64,000 bases of DNA from an uncultured Phycisphaerales bacterium (GTDB taxonomy: Bacteria > Planctomycetota > Phycisphaerae > Sedimentisphaerales > Anaerobacaceae). The notes below the pieces were generated by a model. That model was not told the DNA's origin, ran no database searches, and saw only the letters and a program-made list of their open reading frames with translations. Shown in pieces: positions 9,855 through 20,837 of the stretch. How positions within the stretch are numbered: position 1 is the stretch's first letter; every line of letters begins with the position of its first letter. The stretch lies in assembly GCA_963718665.1 (NCBI GenBank), contig OY970359.1, forward strand, positions 416,001 through 480,000, in the 5' to 3' direction. A program made the position numbers and the translations under genes.

Positions 9855-10919
9855 ATGAACAATATTACAAATCACAATTCGATAAGTGAAGAGCCGGTCA
9901 TCGGCATAACGATGGGCGACCCCGCCGGTATCGGGCCGGAAGTCGTCGTAAAGGCGCTCGCCGACCCGGCCATAAGACGTTGCGCCAAGTTCATCGTCTT
10001 CGGGATGGATGAGCAGTTGCGCTACGCCGCGGACAAAACGGAAATTGAGCCGTTCTGGGGCAGGCATCAGCACGAAAAAATCAGCAGGGACTATCCCCAT
10101 AAGGTTGTGGTTGCCGATTATGATGAGTTTTCAGTGCCCCCCTGGATAAGAGAACCGACAGAAATTGCCGGCGCTGCCTCTCTGAAATTCTGCACCGACG
10201 CGATTGATGCCGCACAAAGGGACATTATCGACGCGGTGGTAACGGCGCCGATAAACAAAACAAGCTGGAAATTAGCCGGCTCGCACTGGCCCGGACATAC
10301 CGAAATGTTCGCCAAACTCTGCAAATCGCCCCGAAAGGCAATGATGTTTGTCGCGGGGCCGTTGAAGCTTGCGCTGGCGACGATTCACGAGGCGTTATTC
10401 GAGGTGCGCCATAAATTCACAATCGGCAGGGTATTCGAACCGATTGACCTGCTCAATATCGCCCTCAAGGAATACTTCGACATCGAAAACCCCAAAATCG
10501 GCGTCGCCGCCCTCAACCCACACGCGGGCGAAAACGGCCAGTTCGGCGACGAGGAACAACGCATCATTTCCCCGGCAATCCTGATGGCGCAGGGCCAGGG
10601 CATCGATTGTTTCGGGCCGATTTCCGCAGACACGCTTTTCCTGCGGGCAGTCCATGGCGAATTCGACGGCGTCGTCGCGATGTATCACGACCAGGGTATG
10701 ATACCGGTCAAACTGCTCGCCTTCGACAAAGCGGTCAATGTTACTATAGGCCTTCCGATTATCCGCACCTCTCCCGCTCACGGCACCGCCTTCGACATCG
10801 CAGGCAAAAATATCGCCGACCCATCCAGTATGATGGAAGCCATAAAGGTCGCCGTCCAGATGGTGCAGACAAAAAAGGCACATCCGGCTGGTGCGGTTGC
10901 AGTTAAAAAAAGCACCTGA
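9855..10919 (+). CDS. pdxA: 4-hydroxythreonine-4-phosphate dehydrogenase
   Basis: ITMGDPAGIGPE, GHTE, LNPHAGE, AMYHDQG, IRTSPAHGTAFDIAG. Confidence 0.95.
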   Translation: MNNITNHNSISEEPVIGITMGDPAGIGPEVVVKALADPAIRRCAKFIVFGMDEQLRYAADKTEIEPFWGRHQHEKISRDYPHKVVVADYDEFSVPPWIREPTEIAGAASLKFCTDAIDAAQRDIIDAVVTAPINKTSWKLAGSHWPGHTEMFAKLCKSPRKAMMFVAGPLKLALATIHEALFEVRHKFTIGRVFEPIDLLNIALKEYFDIENPKIGVAALNPHAGENGQFGDEEQRIISPAILMAQGQGIDCFGPISADTLFLRAVHGEFDGVVAMYHDQGMIPVKLLAFDKAVNVTIGLPIIRTSPAHGTAFDIAGKNIADPSSMMEAIKVAVQMVQTKKAHPAGAVAVKKST

Positions 10920-10920
10920 T

Positions 10921-11805
10921 ATGCAAACCAAACAGCAAATCCGTGAGTTGCTCGATTCCGCGGGAGTAAGACCCAACAAGCGATTCGGCCAGAACTTCCT
11001 CATCGACCTCAACCTGATGCGCCTGCTCATCGACACCGCAAACATTCAGAATAACGACGTTGTCCTCGAAGTCGGGCCCGGCACCGGCTCGCTTACCCAG
11101 GCAATCGCCGAAAAAGCGGGCTTCTGTGTCTCAGTTGAAATAGACAGCGTCCTCGCCAATATCGCCAAAGGGCAACTCGCCGACAAATCAAACGTCGAAA
11201 TCATCGCAGCCGATGTTCTTAAAAATAAATTTGAAATCGAACCCGTCGTAATCGACGTTTTGAATCGCGCCCGTGCAATTCACAACGGACGATTACTTCT
11301 CGTCGCCAATTTGCCCTATATCGCCGCAACCCCCCTGATTATCAACCTCATTACAGGCCCAATTATCGCGGACGCGATGTTCGTTACAGTCCAGAAAGAA
11401 GTCGCTGACAGGATGAACTCGCAGGCGGGCATAAAAGATTACGGAATCCTCAGCATACTAATGGCCGCGACAGGCGAAGTCAGACATATCAGGACATTGA
11501 AACCAACCGTTTTCTGGCCTCAGCCGCAGGTCAATTCTGCTTTTATATCCTACGCCCGCGACCTCGAAAAAGTAAAATTAATTAAAAGTGTCGAAATGCT
11601 GAGCCGCGTCGCAGGCGCACTTTTGCAGCACCGCCGCAAGATGCTCAAAAGCTGCTGCAAACTTACAGCCGACCAACTGGGGGAAATTAAGAACTGGCCT
11701 GAGATTTTAAATCAACTCGGCATCGACCCGGAAATCAGACCCGATAACCTCACCCCGGAACAATTCGTCGCAATCGCCAATCTGTGCAACGAAACTAAAC
11801 GATAG
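10921..11805 (+). CDS. rsmA: 16S rRNA dimethyladenosine transferase
   Basis: FGQNFLID, VLEVGPGTGSLT, VANLPY, VQKEVADR; follows pdxA. Confidence 0.96.
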   Translation: MQTKQQIRELLDSAGVRPNKRFGQNFLIDLNLMRLLIDTANIQNNDVVLEVGPGTGSLTQAIAEKAGFCVSVEIDSVLANIAKGQLADKSNVEIIAADVLKNKFEIEPVVIDVLNRARAIHNGRLLLVANLPYIAATPLIINLITGPIIADAMFVTVQKEVADRMNSQAGIKDYGILSILMAATGEVRHIRTLKPTVFWPQPQVNSAFISYARDLEKVKLIKSVEMLSRVAGALLQHRRKMLKSCCKLTADQLGEIKNWPEILNQLGIDPEIRPDNLTPEQFVAIANLCNETKR

Positions 11806-12649
11806 CTTCGCCGTGCCGATGGCTGTGGCATTCGATATTCACCGCGACGGGAAGTGACGCGATATGACAAGGTGCGGTCTCAATCAGAACAGCCAAAGCA
11901 GTCGTGTCCCCGCCAAGACCCTGCGGGCCAACTCCCAGCCGATTGATTCTGATAAGCAAATCCTTCTCTAATCCGGCGTAAAACAAATCAGCGTTTGACT
12001 TATCGATGCTGCGAACCAGCGCCTTTTTACTCAACAGGCAGCTAACCTCGAAATTGCCCCCGATGCCGACACCCACGACAAAAGGCGGGCAGGCGTCCGC
12101 GCCGGCATTTTTAACAACCTCAACCACCCAGTCGATAATCTCCTCTGTTCCCGCTGTCGGCTTGAACATCCGAAATGCGCTTTTATTTTCGCATCCGCCG
12201 CCTTTGGCCATAAAAGTTATTTTGAGCTTGTCCCCAGGCACTATCGACCAGTGGATAATAGCCGGGCAGTTATTGCCCGTGTTTTTGCGGTGCTGCATCG
12301 GCTCACTTACTACGCTTTTACGCAAGATACCTTTTTCGTACCCGGCTGTTACCCCCGCGTTAATCGCATCGACAGCCGTCCTGCCTGCGGGACATTCGAT
12401 AAACACCTCGCCCCCCTGCTCGATAAAAACAACCGCAAGCCCCGTATCCTGGCAAAGCGGTATCCGCTCCTTCGAAGCCAGATGCGCGTTTTCAACTAAT
12501 TGCTGAAGTATTTTTGCCGCTAAAGGATTCGATTCCTTTTTGGCGGCCGTGGTAAGAGCCGTCAGTACATCGGCAGGCAGCTCGTAAGCCGATTTTATGC
12601 AAAGCTCCTTGACCGCGTCAACAATTTTTGAATACGCAATATGCCGCAC
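11795..12649 (-). CDS. Class I fumarate/tartrate hydro-lyase, Fe-S alpha subunit
   Basis: PLCQDTG, KGGGCEN, ACPPFVVGVGIGG, HIASLPVAVNIEC. Confidence 0.93.
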   Translation of the reverse strand: MRHIAYSKIVDAVKELCIKSAYELPADVLTALTTAAKKESNPLAAKILQQLVENAHLASKERIPLCQDTGLAVVFIEQGGEVFIECPAGRTAVDAINAGVTAGYEKGILRKSVVSEPMQHRKNTGNNCPAIIHWSIVPGDKLKITFMAKGGGCENKSAFRMFKPTAGTEEIIDWVVEVVKNAGADACPPFVVGVGIGGNFEVSCLLSKKALVRSIDKSNADLFYAGLEKDLLIRINRLGVGPQGLGGDTTALAVLIETAPCHIASLPVAVNIECHSHRHGEAIV

Positions 12650-12655
12650 GACAGT

Positions 12656-14911
12656 TTACTTATCTTCTATATTGATAACATAGCTCTTGTAGGACGTATT
12701 ACCTACCGCGTCGGCCAGTTTAAACGAAATTATGTGCTGACCCGCGGACAGTTTCTCCACAATAATCGTGAAGTCCTTGCTCGTAGTATCATAAATCAGG
12801 TCATCCGGCACAGTCGCAATCCAGTTGGCGTCGCTGTCAACCGTGTATTCGACTTTGCCGATAGCGCTAAGCTCATCGCTGACCGTCATTTTAATCGTTA
12901 TCTTTCTGCCGGCCTTTTCGAGTTTGTATTTCACTATCGAAGGCGGTGTATTATCAACAACTACCGCGTCGCTTACCCGGCTGCCCGTTAGTTTGGTCTC
13001 GGGCGAATTGCTTCTCTCATCGCTTGCCGTAACCCTGATTTCGTACCTGCCGTCCTCGACAGTTCTGCCGTCCCATTCATAACTACCAGTCTCAACATCG
13101 TGTGCCGCCTCAATCCAGCCAGCCCAACCTATTTTCCTGAAATCTATTTTGTAAATCAGCTTGTCACCGTTGTCGTCTTTGGCATCGTAACTGATTTTGA
13201 ATACGCCATTTTTGCCCGGCCCTTCCATCCGCGTTACGTTCACCGATTCAATCCTCGGCGCCAGATTTGGAACCGCCGATGGCACCACGACTTCACGCAC
13301 AACCGGGCTGGCCTTTCCATCGCTGCCTCGCAGCACGAGTTTATACTGGCAGAACCTGTTCACGGGACAATCCAGCTGCACAGGGCCGGTAACTTCCTTC
13401 GGCTCCGTCCACTTTGAAAAACTCTTGTCGTTTATGTCTTTCACATTCCCACTGCGACAGGCCATCAGCACCCTGCATCCCTGCGGCACGTCAGCTTCAA
13501 TCTGAAGTTTGCCCCACTTCGCCGGCTGGCCCGCGTCAACAAGTCCCGACGTATATACGCCCTCACTCGCAAAAACCTTTCCCAGCTTTACCAGCCGGGC
13601 AGGATTCGCCATCCCGACATACGCGTTATCGCCGACCACAGTGACAGCCGTAATCTGCGACGCCTGCTTGTCTTCAAAAACAATCGCCTCTTCCTCTGAA
13701 TTCGGCTCCACAGCAAAAAGCTTGGCGGTGTTGCCCGTTCCAACCAAAAGCTCCTTACCCTGCGCCGCTAAGCAGAAAAATACTGCGGACTCATTGAATA
13801 TATCCGTAACAAAGCCGTCTTTTGTAACCTTGTAAATATGGCTCGCCTGTGTGGGGTTCGGCGGCATTGGAACAGGCGTTTTATGCTCCGCTGGCTGTTC
13901 GCCCGCCGACTCCTTTGTGTTGGCAATCTGAAGTTTTGTCCCGCCGCTGCCCTCTTCAGCTTCACCTTCTTCGTCATCATCCTGCTTTTCAGGACGACCC
14001 GCCTGTGGCTGCTGAGCGGCAAATTTTGTCTCGGCCCCAACCGCATTGGCTGAAGTAGCCGTCGCATACAACTCCTCACCCATGAAAACCAACGCCGTTA
14101 TTTCCTGCTGCTCACTGTCATACAAAATCGCGGCGTCTTTTGTCTTCGTATTTATCCTGTAAATAAGCCCTCGGCTGTCACTGCCGGCGTAAATAAAACC
14201 GTCAGGCCCCTGCGCAAGCGAAAGTATGTTCTTGTCGGAACTGCCATACAGCACCTCGCCGCGCTTTCCCGAGGAATCGACACGATAAATCTTGCCTTTC
14301 GGCCCCGTTCCAAGATAAATATCCCCCCCCTTGTCCGCCAAGATTGCGAATATGTAATTCGCGTCGTTCGGCTCAAAAATCGTTTTCAGCTCGCCGCCTT
14401 CCAGCCGGCACAACGCGCACCTCTGCCCGCTTATGCCCACCAAAAGATGTCCCGAAGCATCCGCCGCCATCGCGAAAATATGCTCATTGGCAAAATGCTT
14501 GTCCTGCTTAACCGCATTTGGGTCATTAGGTTCATTGACTTCACGGTCGTTACTGTCCTTGGGACGCTCCTTCTTTGTCAATTTCGCCGCGTAAATCTTT
14601 TTCAACCCGCCCGCGCCGAATGAGTAAACCCCGCCGTTCGGGCTTGTCCCCACATACACGGTATCTCCGATTGAAACGATACTGTTGATTGACCAGACGT
14701 CATCGAACTGCTTCACAAGGATTTCGGCACGCCTGCCTAATTGTATCGTCCCGCGGGAGCCGATTACCACGTCGTTCACCTCGCCTTTTTGAAATTCACG
14801 GCTGCTGTTATGACGGGTGATTTTGCTCGTCACCGCGCTGCAAAAAGAAGCCGACAGGCACACTAAAAACATTATCGCGAAAACATATTTTGACTGCATT
14901 TTCTTAATCAC
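12656..14911 (-). CDS. Secreted beta-propeller protein with C-terminal Ig/FN3-like domains
   Basis: Signal peptide; repeated YVGTSPNGGVY / YLGTGPKGKIY / YAGSDSRGLIY blades; DGRYEIRVTASD. Confidence 0.8.
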   Translation of the reverse strand: MIKKMQSKYVFAIMFLVCLSASFCSAVTSKITRHNSSREFQKGEVNDVVIGSRGTIQLGRRAEILVKQFDDVWSINSIVSIGDTVYVGTSPNGGVYSFGAGGLKKIYAAKLTKKERPKDSNDREVNEPNDPNAVKQDKHFANEHIFAMAADASGHLLVGISGQRCALCRLEGGELKTIFEPNDANYIFAILADKGGDIYLGTGPKGKIYRVDSSGKRGEVLYGSSDKNILSLAQGPDGFIYAGSDSRGLIYRINTKTKDAAILYDSEQQEITALVFMGEELYATATSANAVGAETKFAAQQPQAGRPEKQDDDEEGEAEEGSGGTKLQIANTKESAGEQPAEHKTPVPMPPNPTQASHIYKVTKDGFVTDIFNESAVFFCLAAQGKELLVGTGNTAKLFAVEPNSEEEAIVFEDKQASQITAVTVVGDNAYVGMANPARLVKLGKVFASEGVYTSGLVDAGQPAKWGKLQIEADVPQGCRVLMACRSGNVKDINDKSFSKWTEPKEVTGPVQLDCPVNRFCQYKLVLRGSDGKASPVVREVVVPSAVPNLAPRIESVNVTRMEGPGKNGVFKISYDAKDDNGDKLIYKIDFRKIGWAGWIEAAHDVETGSYEWDGRTVEDGRYEIRVTASDERSNSPETKLTGSRVSDAVVVDNTPPSIVKYKLEKAGRKITIKMTVSDELSAIGKVEYTVDSDANWIATVPDDLIYDTTSKDFTIIVEKLSAGQHIISFKLADAVGNTSYKSYVINIEDK

Positions 14912-16764
14912 TGTTCCACCGTAACATTCATAATTTTTTTATCCACTATTATCGTTGACGTTCGCACGCTTTTATCAATCCAGCCGGGATATACCTGCAT
15001 CGTATTGGCCCTCCTCGAATCGCCAAGAACCATCGCCTCTGTCGCAGGCAGCTCGGGCAGCTCCGCCTGCTCCAGCGCAACCCCCCCCGCAGGCAAAACC
15101 AGGACACAATGAAGCTCATTCCTGCCGACCGCCAAAATCCTGTTCATCACCCCGACCAGCGTATCCAAATTCTCCGGAGCAAACCTGTGCGGGACCGCCT
15201 TTCTCAAAAAGTCCCCATAGTCGAACCCGCCACAGATAATCAACTGATATGTCCCCGCAGGGGTATTCTCCGGCACGGTAAAATTGAAATTGTATTTTTG
15301 TTTCTGCGCCCGCACCGACTCCGTAACAACCTCCACGTCCAGGTTATCGCCCCTTTTGACGCGGGAGCCGGACAGCCCGACAGACCATATAGCCGAAGTA
15401 ATATCCTTTTCGCGTATGTCCAAATCCACGTTAATCGACTTTATCCGAACCTGCCTGTATGGATTACTCATCAGCAAACCCAGCGGGCTCATCGTGTCAC
15501 GCACTGCCTCGTCCAAACCCCCGCCCGTCGAGACATTATCAAAAACCACAGTTCCCGCCCCGTCAGTTTCGATAGTGCCCTTGTATGAAACCGTATTATC
15601 AGGCGGCATCTCTCCCTGAAAAACCCCCGCGCTCATAACAACCGCCCTCAGCAGCCGCGGCGTCAGTATTCGGTTATCCGCAATCCGGCAGTTATATTTC
15701 CTCGGCTGACTGTCGTTATACCGGGTCACGCTCACCGTCAGCGGAATCATCCTCGCCTCGGCCCCGATTCTGCCCCGAACAGCCGTTGCCTCGTCCGCTC
15801 TCAATGCGCCTATCACGTTCACCGATGTCCCCACTTTAAACGACCGCATCACGCTCGACACAACCGTATGCACCTCGCCCATCGCCATCGGTAAATCCAC
15901 AGGCCCATAACCCAAAAAAGAATGCCCGAAGGCGTAAATATCGTCGCCCCTCACCTCGGTAATCGTCCCGACAACCTCAATGGTAATATCGCCGGTAACT
16001 AACGGCACAGTCAGACATCCCCCCGGCACCGGCTTAATATCGCAAACGTCGCTCCGCCCTCCACCGCCCGCGCCCGACACAACCATAAATCCTAAAGGCC
16101 GTAGTGTTTCATCCAAATCGCCTGTAACCGACTCCGGCATACCCGAAACCACTATCGGACAGGGCAGCATCGACGCCCCCGCGAATTCCCCGTGCGATGA
16201 CGTTATCGGCGACAAAATCTTCTTTTCAACCTGGGCAAAATCAATCGGCCTCGAAAAATCCAGCGCAAAGCCAGGCCCGCTGTTTAATGATTCACCACCT
16301 GACTGGTTAAACGCGGCCCCGCCCACGCGAAGCATATCCGCAATCGGCGTTACGCCATAAAGCGGGTCTTTGCTGAATTGCCACCCCATCGCCATCGCGC
16401 CCGCCAGCCGGCCATTTATATAAACAGGCGAACCGCTGCAACCTGCGACAGGCCCCGTATGAATGAACCGCTCGTCGGTCCCCCGAACTAATATGGCGTC
16501 CCGCCCAGGCATAAAATTGTGAACAACACTCAGAACCTCCAGGCCAAACTTCTCGACCTCCGTCCCTTTATAGACCGTCAGGCAATACGCCTCCATACCC
16601 GGCTTAATCTCATCAACGCTTATATACCTCGCGGGGTCCCAAATTCCCTCCAATCCCTTCGCAACTCCCGCCTGCGGCTTTTCCGCTGCCCCGCAAATAG
16701 CAGCAACGCACATCACTGTGCAAACCAGAAAACCTGCCTTAATTCGCGGCTTATCTTGAGCCAT
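14908..16764 (-). CDS. SpoIVB-like peptidase S55 domain protein, secreted
   Basis: AGCSGSPVYINGRLAGA, VTPIADML, AFGHSF; start chosen at MAQDK before a signal-like segment. Confidence 0.85.
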   Translation of the reverse strand: MAQDKPRIKAGFLVCTVMCVAAICGAAEKPQAGVAKGLEGIWDPARYISVDEIKPGMEAYCLTVYKGTEVEKFGLEVLSVVHNFMPGRDAILVRGTDERFIHTGPVAGCSGSPVYINGRLAGAMAMGWQFSKDPLYGVTPIADMLRVGGAAFNQSGGESLNSGPGFALDFSRPIDFAQVEKKILSPITSSHGEFAGASMLPCPIVVSGMPESVTGDLDETLRPLGFMVVSGAGGGGRSDVCDIKPVPGGCLTVPLVTGDITIEVVGTITEVRGDDIYAFGHSFLGYGPVDLPMAMGEVHTVVSSVMRSFKVGTSVNVIGALRADEATAVRGRIGAEARMIPLTVSVTRYNDSQPRKYNCRIADNRILTPRLLRAVVMSAGVFQGEMPPDNTVSYKGTIETDGAGTVVFDNVSTGGGLDEAVRDTMSPLGLLMSNPYRQVRIKSINVDLDIREKDITSAIWSVGLSGSRVKRGDNLDVEVVTESVRAQKQKYNFNFTVPENTPAGTYQLIICGGFDYGDFLRKAVPHRFAPENLDTLVGVMNRILAVGRNELHCVLVLPAGGVALEQAELPELPATEAMVLGDSRRANTMQVYPGWIDKSVRTSTIIVDKKIMNVTVEQ

Positions 16765-16922
16765 TGACAACCCTTGAAATCCGTTTCCAATATAAAACTT
16801 TAATCTTAACCCCCTAATACCACCATTGCAACATAAAACAACCTCTGGTAGAATATGGCTTTTGTTGCTTCGCTGTTCGTAAATAACAGGGTTTTTGCAA
16901 GATATTTTAACGGAGAATAAAT

Positions 16923-17672
16923 ATGAAGGCCGAACATCGCCATGAACTGAAAACCAATGACTTGGCCTTATGGCTTGGTAATTTACCAAACTGGGCAAAC
17001 CAGAACCTCAGGACAATAATATATGTTCTCGTTGTTGTCGTTCTTGTGCTTGCCTCGTCCATTTATATCCGCTATCAGAAAACGTCTGTGGCCGAACGCG
17101 AACAAAGTAATCTGACCATGATTGTATCACAACTGCCGCAGCAAAAAGCGTTTATAGCCCAGAAACAACTGGAAAACCAGGACAACGCCTACATGCTTTT
17201 CCAGCTCAACGACGAACTCGATAGCATCGCCAAAAATGCGTCCAACGACGCGGTTGCCGCAACGGCACTGATTAAAAGCGCCGAAGTCCTGAGAACGGAA
17301 CTCCATTTCCGTTTCGGCGCTGTCAGCCAGCAGGATATCACCACACAGATAGGCAAGGCGAAAGATTACTACACCAAAGCGCTCGACACATACCTTAAAC
17401 GAAGCCCCAATCCTACCCTCGAAGCCATCGCCAAAATCGGCCTTGGTTTATGCGAGGAAGAGCTTGGCAACCCCGATGCGGCCAGAAAACTTTATCAGGA
17501 AGTGGCAACCGGCGCCGCCTATGAAGGCACTGCACCGGCAGTAGCCGCAAAACAACGGCTCATGATAATGGACTCTTTCTCTGAAAAAATCGCTCTCAAA
17601 CCGATGCCAAGACCAGCGATACAGGCGCAGCCGCCGGTAGCCAGCGAGCCAAACGTACCGGCCCAGAATTGA
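16923..17672 (+). CDS. Membrane-anchored TPR protein (YfgM-like)
   Basis: MKAEHRHELKTN N-terminus, one TM helix, TPR-like helices. Confidence 0.75.
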   Translation: MKAEHRHELKTNDLALWLGNLPNWANQNLRTIIYVLVVVVLVLASSIYIRYQKTSVAEREQSNLTMIVSQLPQQKAFIAQKQLENQDNAYMLFQLNDELDSIAKNASNDAVAATALIKSAEVLRTELHFRFGAVSQQDITTQIGKAKDYYTKALDTYLKRSPNPTLEAIAKIGLGLCEEELGNPDAARKLYQEVATGAAYEGTAPAVAAKQRLMIMDSFSEKIALKPMPRPAIQAQPPVASEPNVPAQN

Positions 17673-17684
17673 TTATCGCGCGAA

Positions 17685-18710
17685 ATGCCGAATAAAGATA
17701 CGAACCTCACACTTCACGTCGGCCGTGCCCTCCAGGAACGCCGGCTCGACAAATATCTCCACGGACGATACTCCAACTACAGCCGGGTTATGCTTCAGGA
17801 AGTCATCAAGGCAGGTGGCGTAAAAGTCAACGGCAAAAAGGCCAAACCAAGTTTAAAACTCAACCCCGACGACCTCATCGAAATCACCCTGCCCGAACTG
17901 CCCACTAATGAAATCCCGCCTGAAGATATACCCCTCAATATCCTCCACGAAGACGACGACATAATCGTCATCAATAAATCAGCCGATATCATCGTCCACC
18001 CCGCACGGGGCAACACCCACGGCACTATCGCAAATGCCCTCGCCTTTCACCTCGCCTCAGCCGAGGCCGAAGAAGATGAAGATGATGAACCCGAAACCGA
18101 CGACGCCAATTTCCCAATCGCACTCGGCGAATTTCGCCCGGGCATCGTCCACCGGCTCGACAGAAACACCACGGGCGTGATGATTCTCGCCAAAAATGCA
18201 ATCGCCCAGTGGAAAATCTCAAGACAGTTCCACGACCGAAAGGTCGAAAAAAGCTATATCGCCATCGTCCACGGCACCCCCGAACTCACGCGAGACCGCA
18301 TCAACGCCCCGCTCGGCGTCAATCTCAAATTCAGATACAAATACGCCGTCCGCCCTGAAACAGGCAAAGAAGCAATCACCTTCTACGAGGTCCTCGAAAG
18401 TTTCCGCGGCTTCTCACTCCTGAAACTCACCCCCAAAACGGGCCGGACCCACCAGATTCGCGTCCATCTCGCCCATATCAAACACCCAATCGTCGCAGAT
18501 GATATGTATGGCGGCAAACCCGTCTATCCCTGGCAATTAAAAGACGCCGAACTAACCCCCGAAGCTCCCGTTATTTCCCGCTGCGCACTCCACGCCTGGA
18601 CGATTTCCTTCAAGCACCCCACAACCGAAAAAATCGTCTCCTTCGAAGCCCCCCTGCCCGACGACATGCAAAACCTCCTCGATTTGCTGAGAAAATACCG
18701 GAAAAAATAA
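17685..18710 (+). CDS. rluD: RluA/RluD-family pseudouridine synthase with S4 domain
   Basis: RLDKYL S4 domain, GIVHRLDRNTTG, TGRTHQIRVH, ALHA. Confidence 0.9.
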   Translation: MPNKDTNLTLHVGRALQERRLDKYLHGRYSNYSRVMLQEVIKAGGVKVNGKKAKPSLKLNPDDLIEITLPELPTNEIPPEDIPLNILHEDDDIIVINKSADIIVHPARGNTHGTIANALAFHLASAEAEEDEDDEPETDDANFPIALGEFRPGIVHRLDRNTTGVMILAKNAIAQWKISRQFHDRKVEKSYIAIVHGTPELTRDRINAPLGVNLKFRYKYAVRPETGKEAITFYEVLESFRGFSLLKLTPKTGRTHQIRVHLAHIKHPIVADDMYGGKPVYPWQLKDAELTPEAPVISRCALHAWTISFKHPTTEKIVSFEAPLPDDMQNLLDLLRKYRKK

Positions 18711-18734
18711 TCTTCCTAAATATCATTCCCCTTG

Positions 18735-20834
18735 CTAAGCCACGTCTGCCAATCCTAATGAGTCGCCGAATTTGGTTATCAATGCCTGGCGGATATTCTT
18801 GTGCGTCGGAACAGTAAGCATAGGGTCTGCTGAAACAAGTTCAAATGCGCAGCGTCGAGCCAAAACCAACAAATCATAATCGTCGATGATATCGGCGATT
18901 TTCAAATCGGGCAGGCCGTGCTGTCGCGTGCTGAAAAGCTCACCGGGGCCGCGCAATTTCAAATCGTGCTCCGCTATCTCGAAGCCGTCGTTGCTTCGTT
19001 CCATCATTTCAAGCCGGCTTTTCGCCACTTCATTCTCCGTTTCCTTATCCGCGAATAAAAAGCAAAACGATTTATCCGTCCCCCTGCCTATCCTGCCACG
19101 CAACTGGTGCAGTTGTGCCAGGCCGAACCTGTCCGCACCCTCAATAACCATTATCGTCGCGTTTGGAATATCCACGCCCACTTCTATCACCACCGTCGCG
19201 ACCAGCGCCTTTATTTTCCCTTTGCGAAACTCCGCCATTACCTCTCTTTTCTTCTCCGAGTTCATCCGCCCGTGCAGTAATTCAACCTTGAACTCGCCAA
19301 ATACCTTCGATAATTCTCGCCAGCCGTCGGTCGCCGCTTTTATGTCCCCTTCCTCCTCGACGCCCGTTATACGCGGATACACAAAATACGCCTGCTTGCC
19401 CGCCCGCAATCGCTCGCGGATAAATTCGTATGCCTTGGCCCTGTCATCCGGCGAAACCCACCGCGTAACCACCGTTCCTCTGCCCGGCGGACTGTGTTTG
19501 ATTATCGACACGTCCAAATCCCCAAAAACCGTCATCGCCAAAGTTCGCGGAATCGGCGTAGCAGTCATAACGAGGCAATGAGGTGTCCCGTCCTTGCGCA
19601 ACTCCGCCCGCTGATGAACGCCGAATTTATGCTGCTCATCAATCACAACCAAACCGAGTTTTTTGAATTCGATATCCTTCTCTAACAGTGCAACTGTGCC
19701 GACAACGATATCTATCTCGCCTGCTTTTATATTTTTGAGAATTTCATCCCTGTCTTTGCCCATCAGCCCGCCCGTAATCAGCACTCGTTTCACATCGCTA
19801 TTGCGCAGATACCTTTCGATGCTTATAAAATGCTGGTTCGCCAATATCTCAGTCGGCGCCATAATCGCAACCTGCGTCTTGTTCGCCACCGCCAACAGCG
19901 TCGCGTAAAGCGCAACCACCGTTTTGCCTGAGCCGACGTCCCCCTGCAAAAGTCGATTCATCGGTATCGGCCTTTGCATATCAGAGATTATTTCAGCTAT
20001 CGTCTTGTCCTGGTCTTCAGTCAGTAAAAACGGGAATCGCTTTCGAATCCGCCTGTCGATTTCCTCGGATGATTTCATCTCTACCGCCGAAGCGAATTGA
20101 CTGTGCCTGTGCCTGCGAAGCGCAAGCCCCAATTGCATCAAAAACAATTCGTCGAATTTCAGCCGGCGTTTCGCCTTGCCTAATTTACCCTCATCAGGGG
20201 GCAAATGAATCCATCCAAACGCGTCTTTGCGTTTTATCAGTTCCGCTTTTTTAAGAAACTCATCGTCATAGAATTCGCCTACGAGTCCGCCGATATTATC
20301 CAGCACGGGCCTGATTATCTTCTTAATCTGCATACTGCTCAGCCCGCCGCTCGCCGGATATACCCCCCCGCTGAAATACTCCGCCGGTTTCGATGCCTCT
20401 TTCTCCATCACGCGAAACTTCGGATTGGTCAACTGCAGCTGATGTTTATATTCCCCGACCTTGCCCCACGCCATAACCGCCTGGCCTGGCCGTAACTGGT
20501 CCCGCAGGTATCCGCCGTTAAACCATATTATCCGGCAAGTCCCCGTCTCATCGCTCACCATTGCCTCAAATATCGCCGGCCTGCGGTAATTCTGAAAATC
20601 CGTTGACTCAACCAGCCCCACAATCGCCGCCGTCTCCCCCGTCTCCAATTGTCCTATTTTCTTCGGCTCAGGCGCAAATACCCAGTCACGCGGAAAATAT
20701 TCCAGCAAATCGCCAACAGTAACAACCCCCAGCTTTGCGAATATTTCCGCCCTTGCCGGCCCCACCCCCTTCAAAAATTGCACCGGCATCGACAACTTAA
20801 TCTCACCACTCGGTTTTACGCCTAATTCACTCAC
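18735..20834 (-). CDS. recG: ATP-dependent DNA helicase RecG
   Basis: LKGVGP, RLLQGDVGSGKT, DEQHKFG, MTATPIPRTL, QLHQLRGRIGRG. Confidence 0.98.
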   Translation of the reverse strand: MSELGVKPSGEIKLSMPVQFLKGVGPARAEIFAKLGVVTVGDLLEYFPRDWVFAPEPKKIGQLETGETAAIVGLVESTDFQNYRRPAIFEAMVSDETGTCRIIWFNGGYLRDQLRPGQAVMAWGKVGEYKHQLQLTNPKFRVMEKEASKPAEYFSGGVYPASGGLSSMQIKKIIRPVLDNIGGLVGEFYDDEFLKKAELIKRKDAFGWIHLPPDEGKLGKAKRRLKFDELFLMQLGLALRRHRHSQFASAVEMKSSEEIDRRIRKRFPFLLTEDQDKTIAEIISDMQRPIPMNRLLQGDVGSGKTVVALYATLLAVANKTQVAIMAPTEILANQHFISIERYLRNSDVKRVLITGGLMGKDRDEILKNIKAGEIDIVVGTVALLEKDIEFKKLGLVVIDEQHKFGVHQRAELRKDGTPHCLVMTATPIPRTLAMTVFGDLDVSIIKHSPPGRGTVVTRWVSPDDRAKAYEFIRERLRAGKQAYFVYPRITGVEEEGDIKAATDGWRELSKVFGEFKVELLHGRMNSEKKREVMAEFRKGKIKALVATVVIEVGVDIPNATIMVIEGADRFGLAQLHQLRGRIGRGTDKSFCFLFADKETENEVAKSRLEMMERSNDGFEIAEHDLKLRGPGELFSTRQHGLPDLKIADIIDDYDLLVLARRCAFELVSADPMLTVPTHKNIRQALITKFGDSLGLADVA

Positions 20835-20837
20835 TCC

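Noticed and set aside
16765..16998. N-terminal extension of the SpoIVB-like ORF
   Set aside because: It overlaps the divergent gene; the signal peptide begins after the ATG at 16764.
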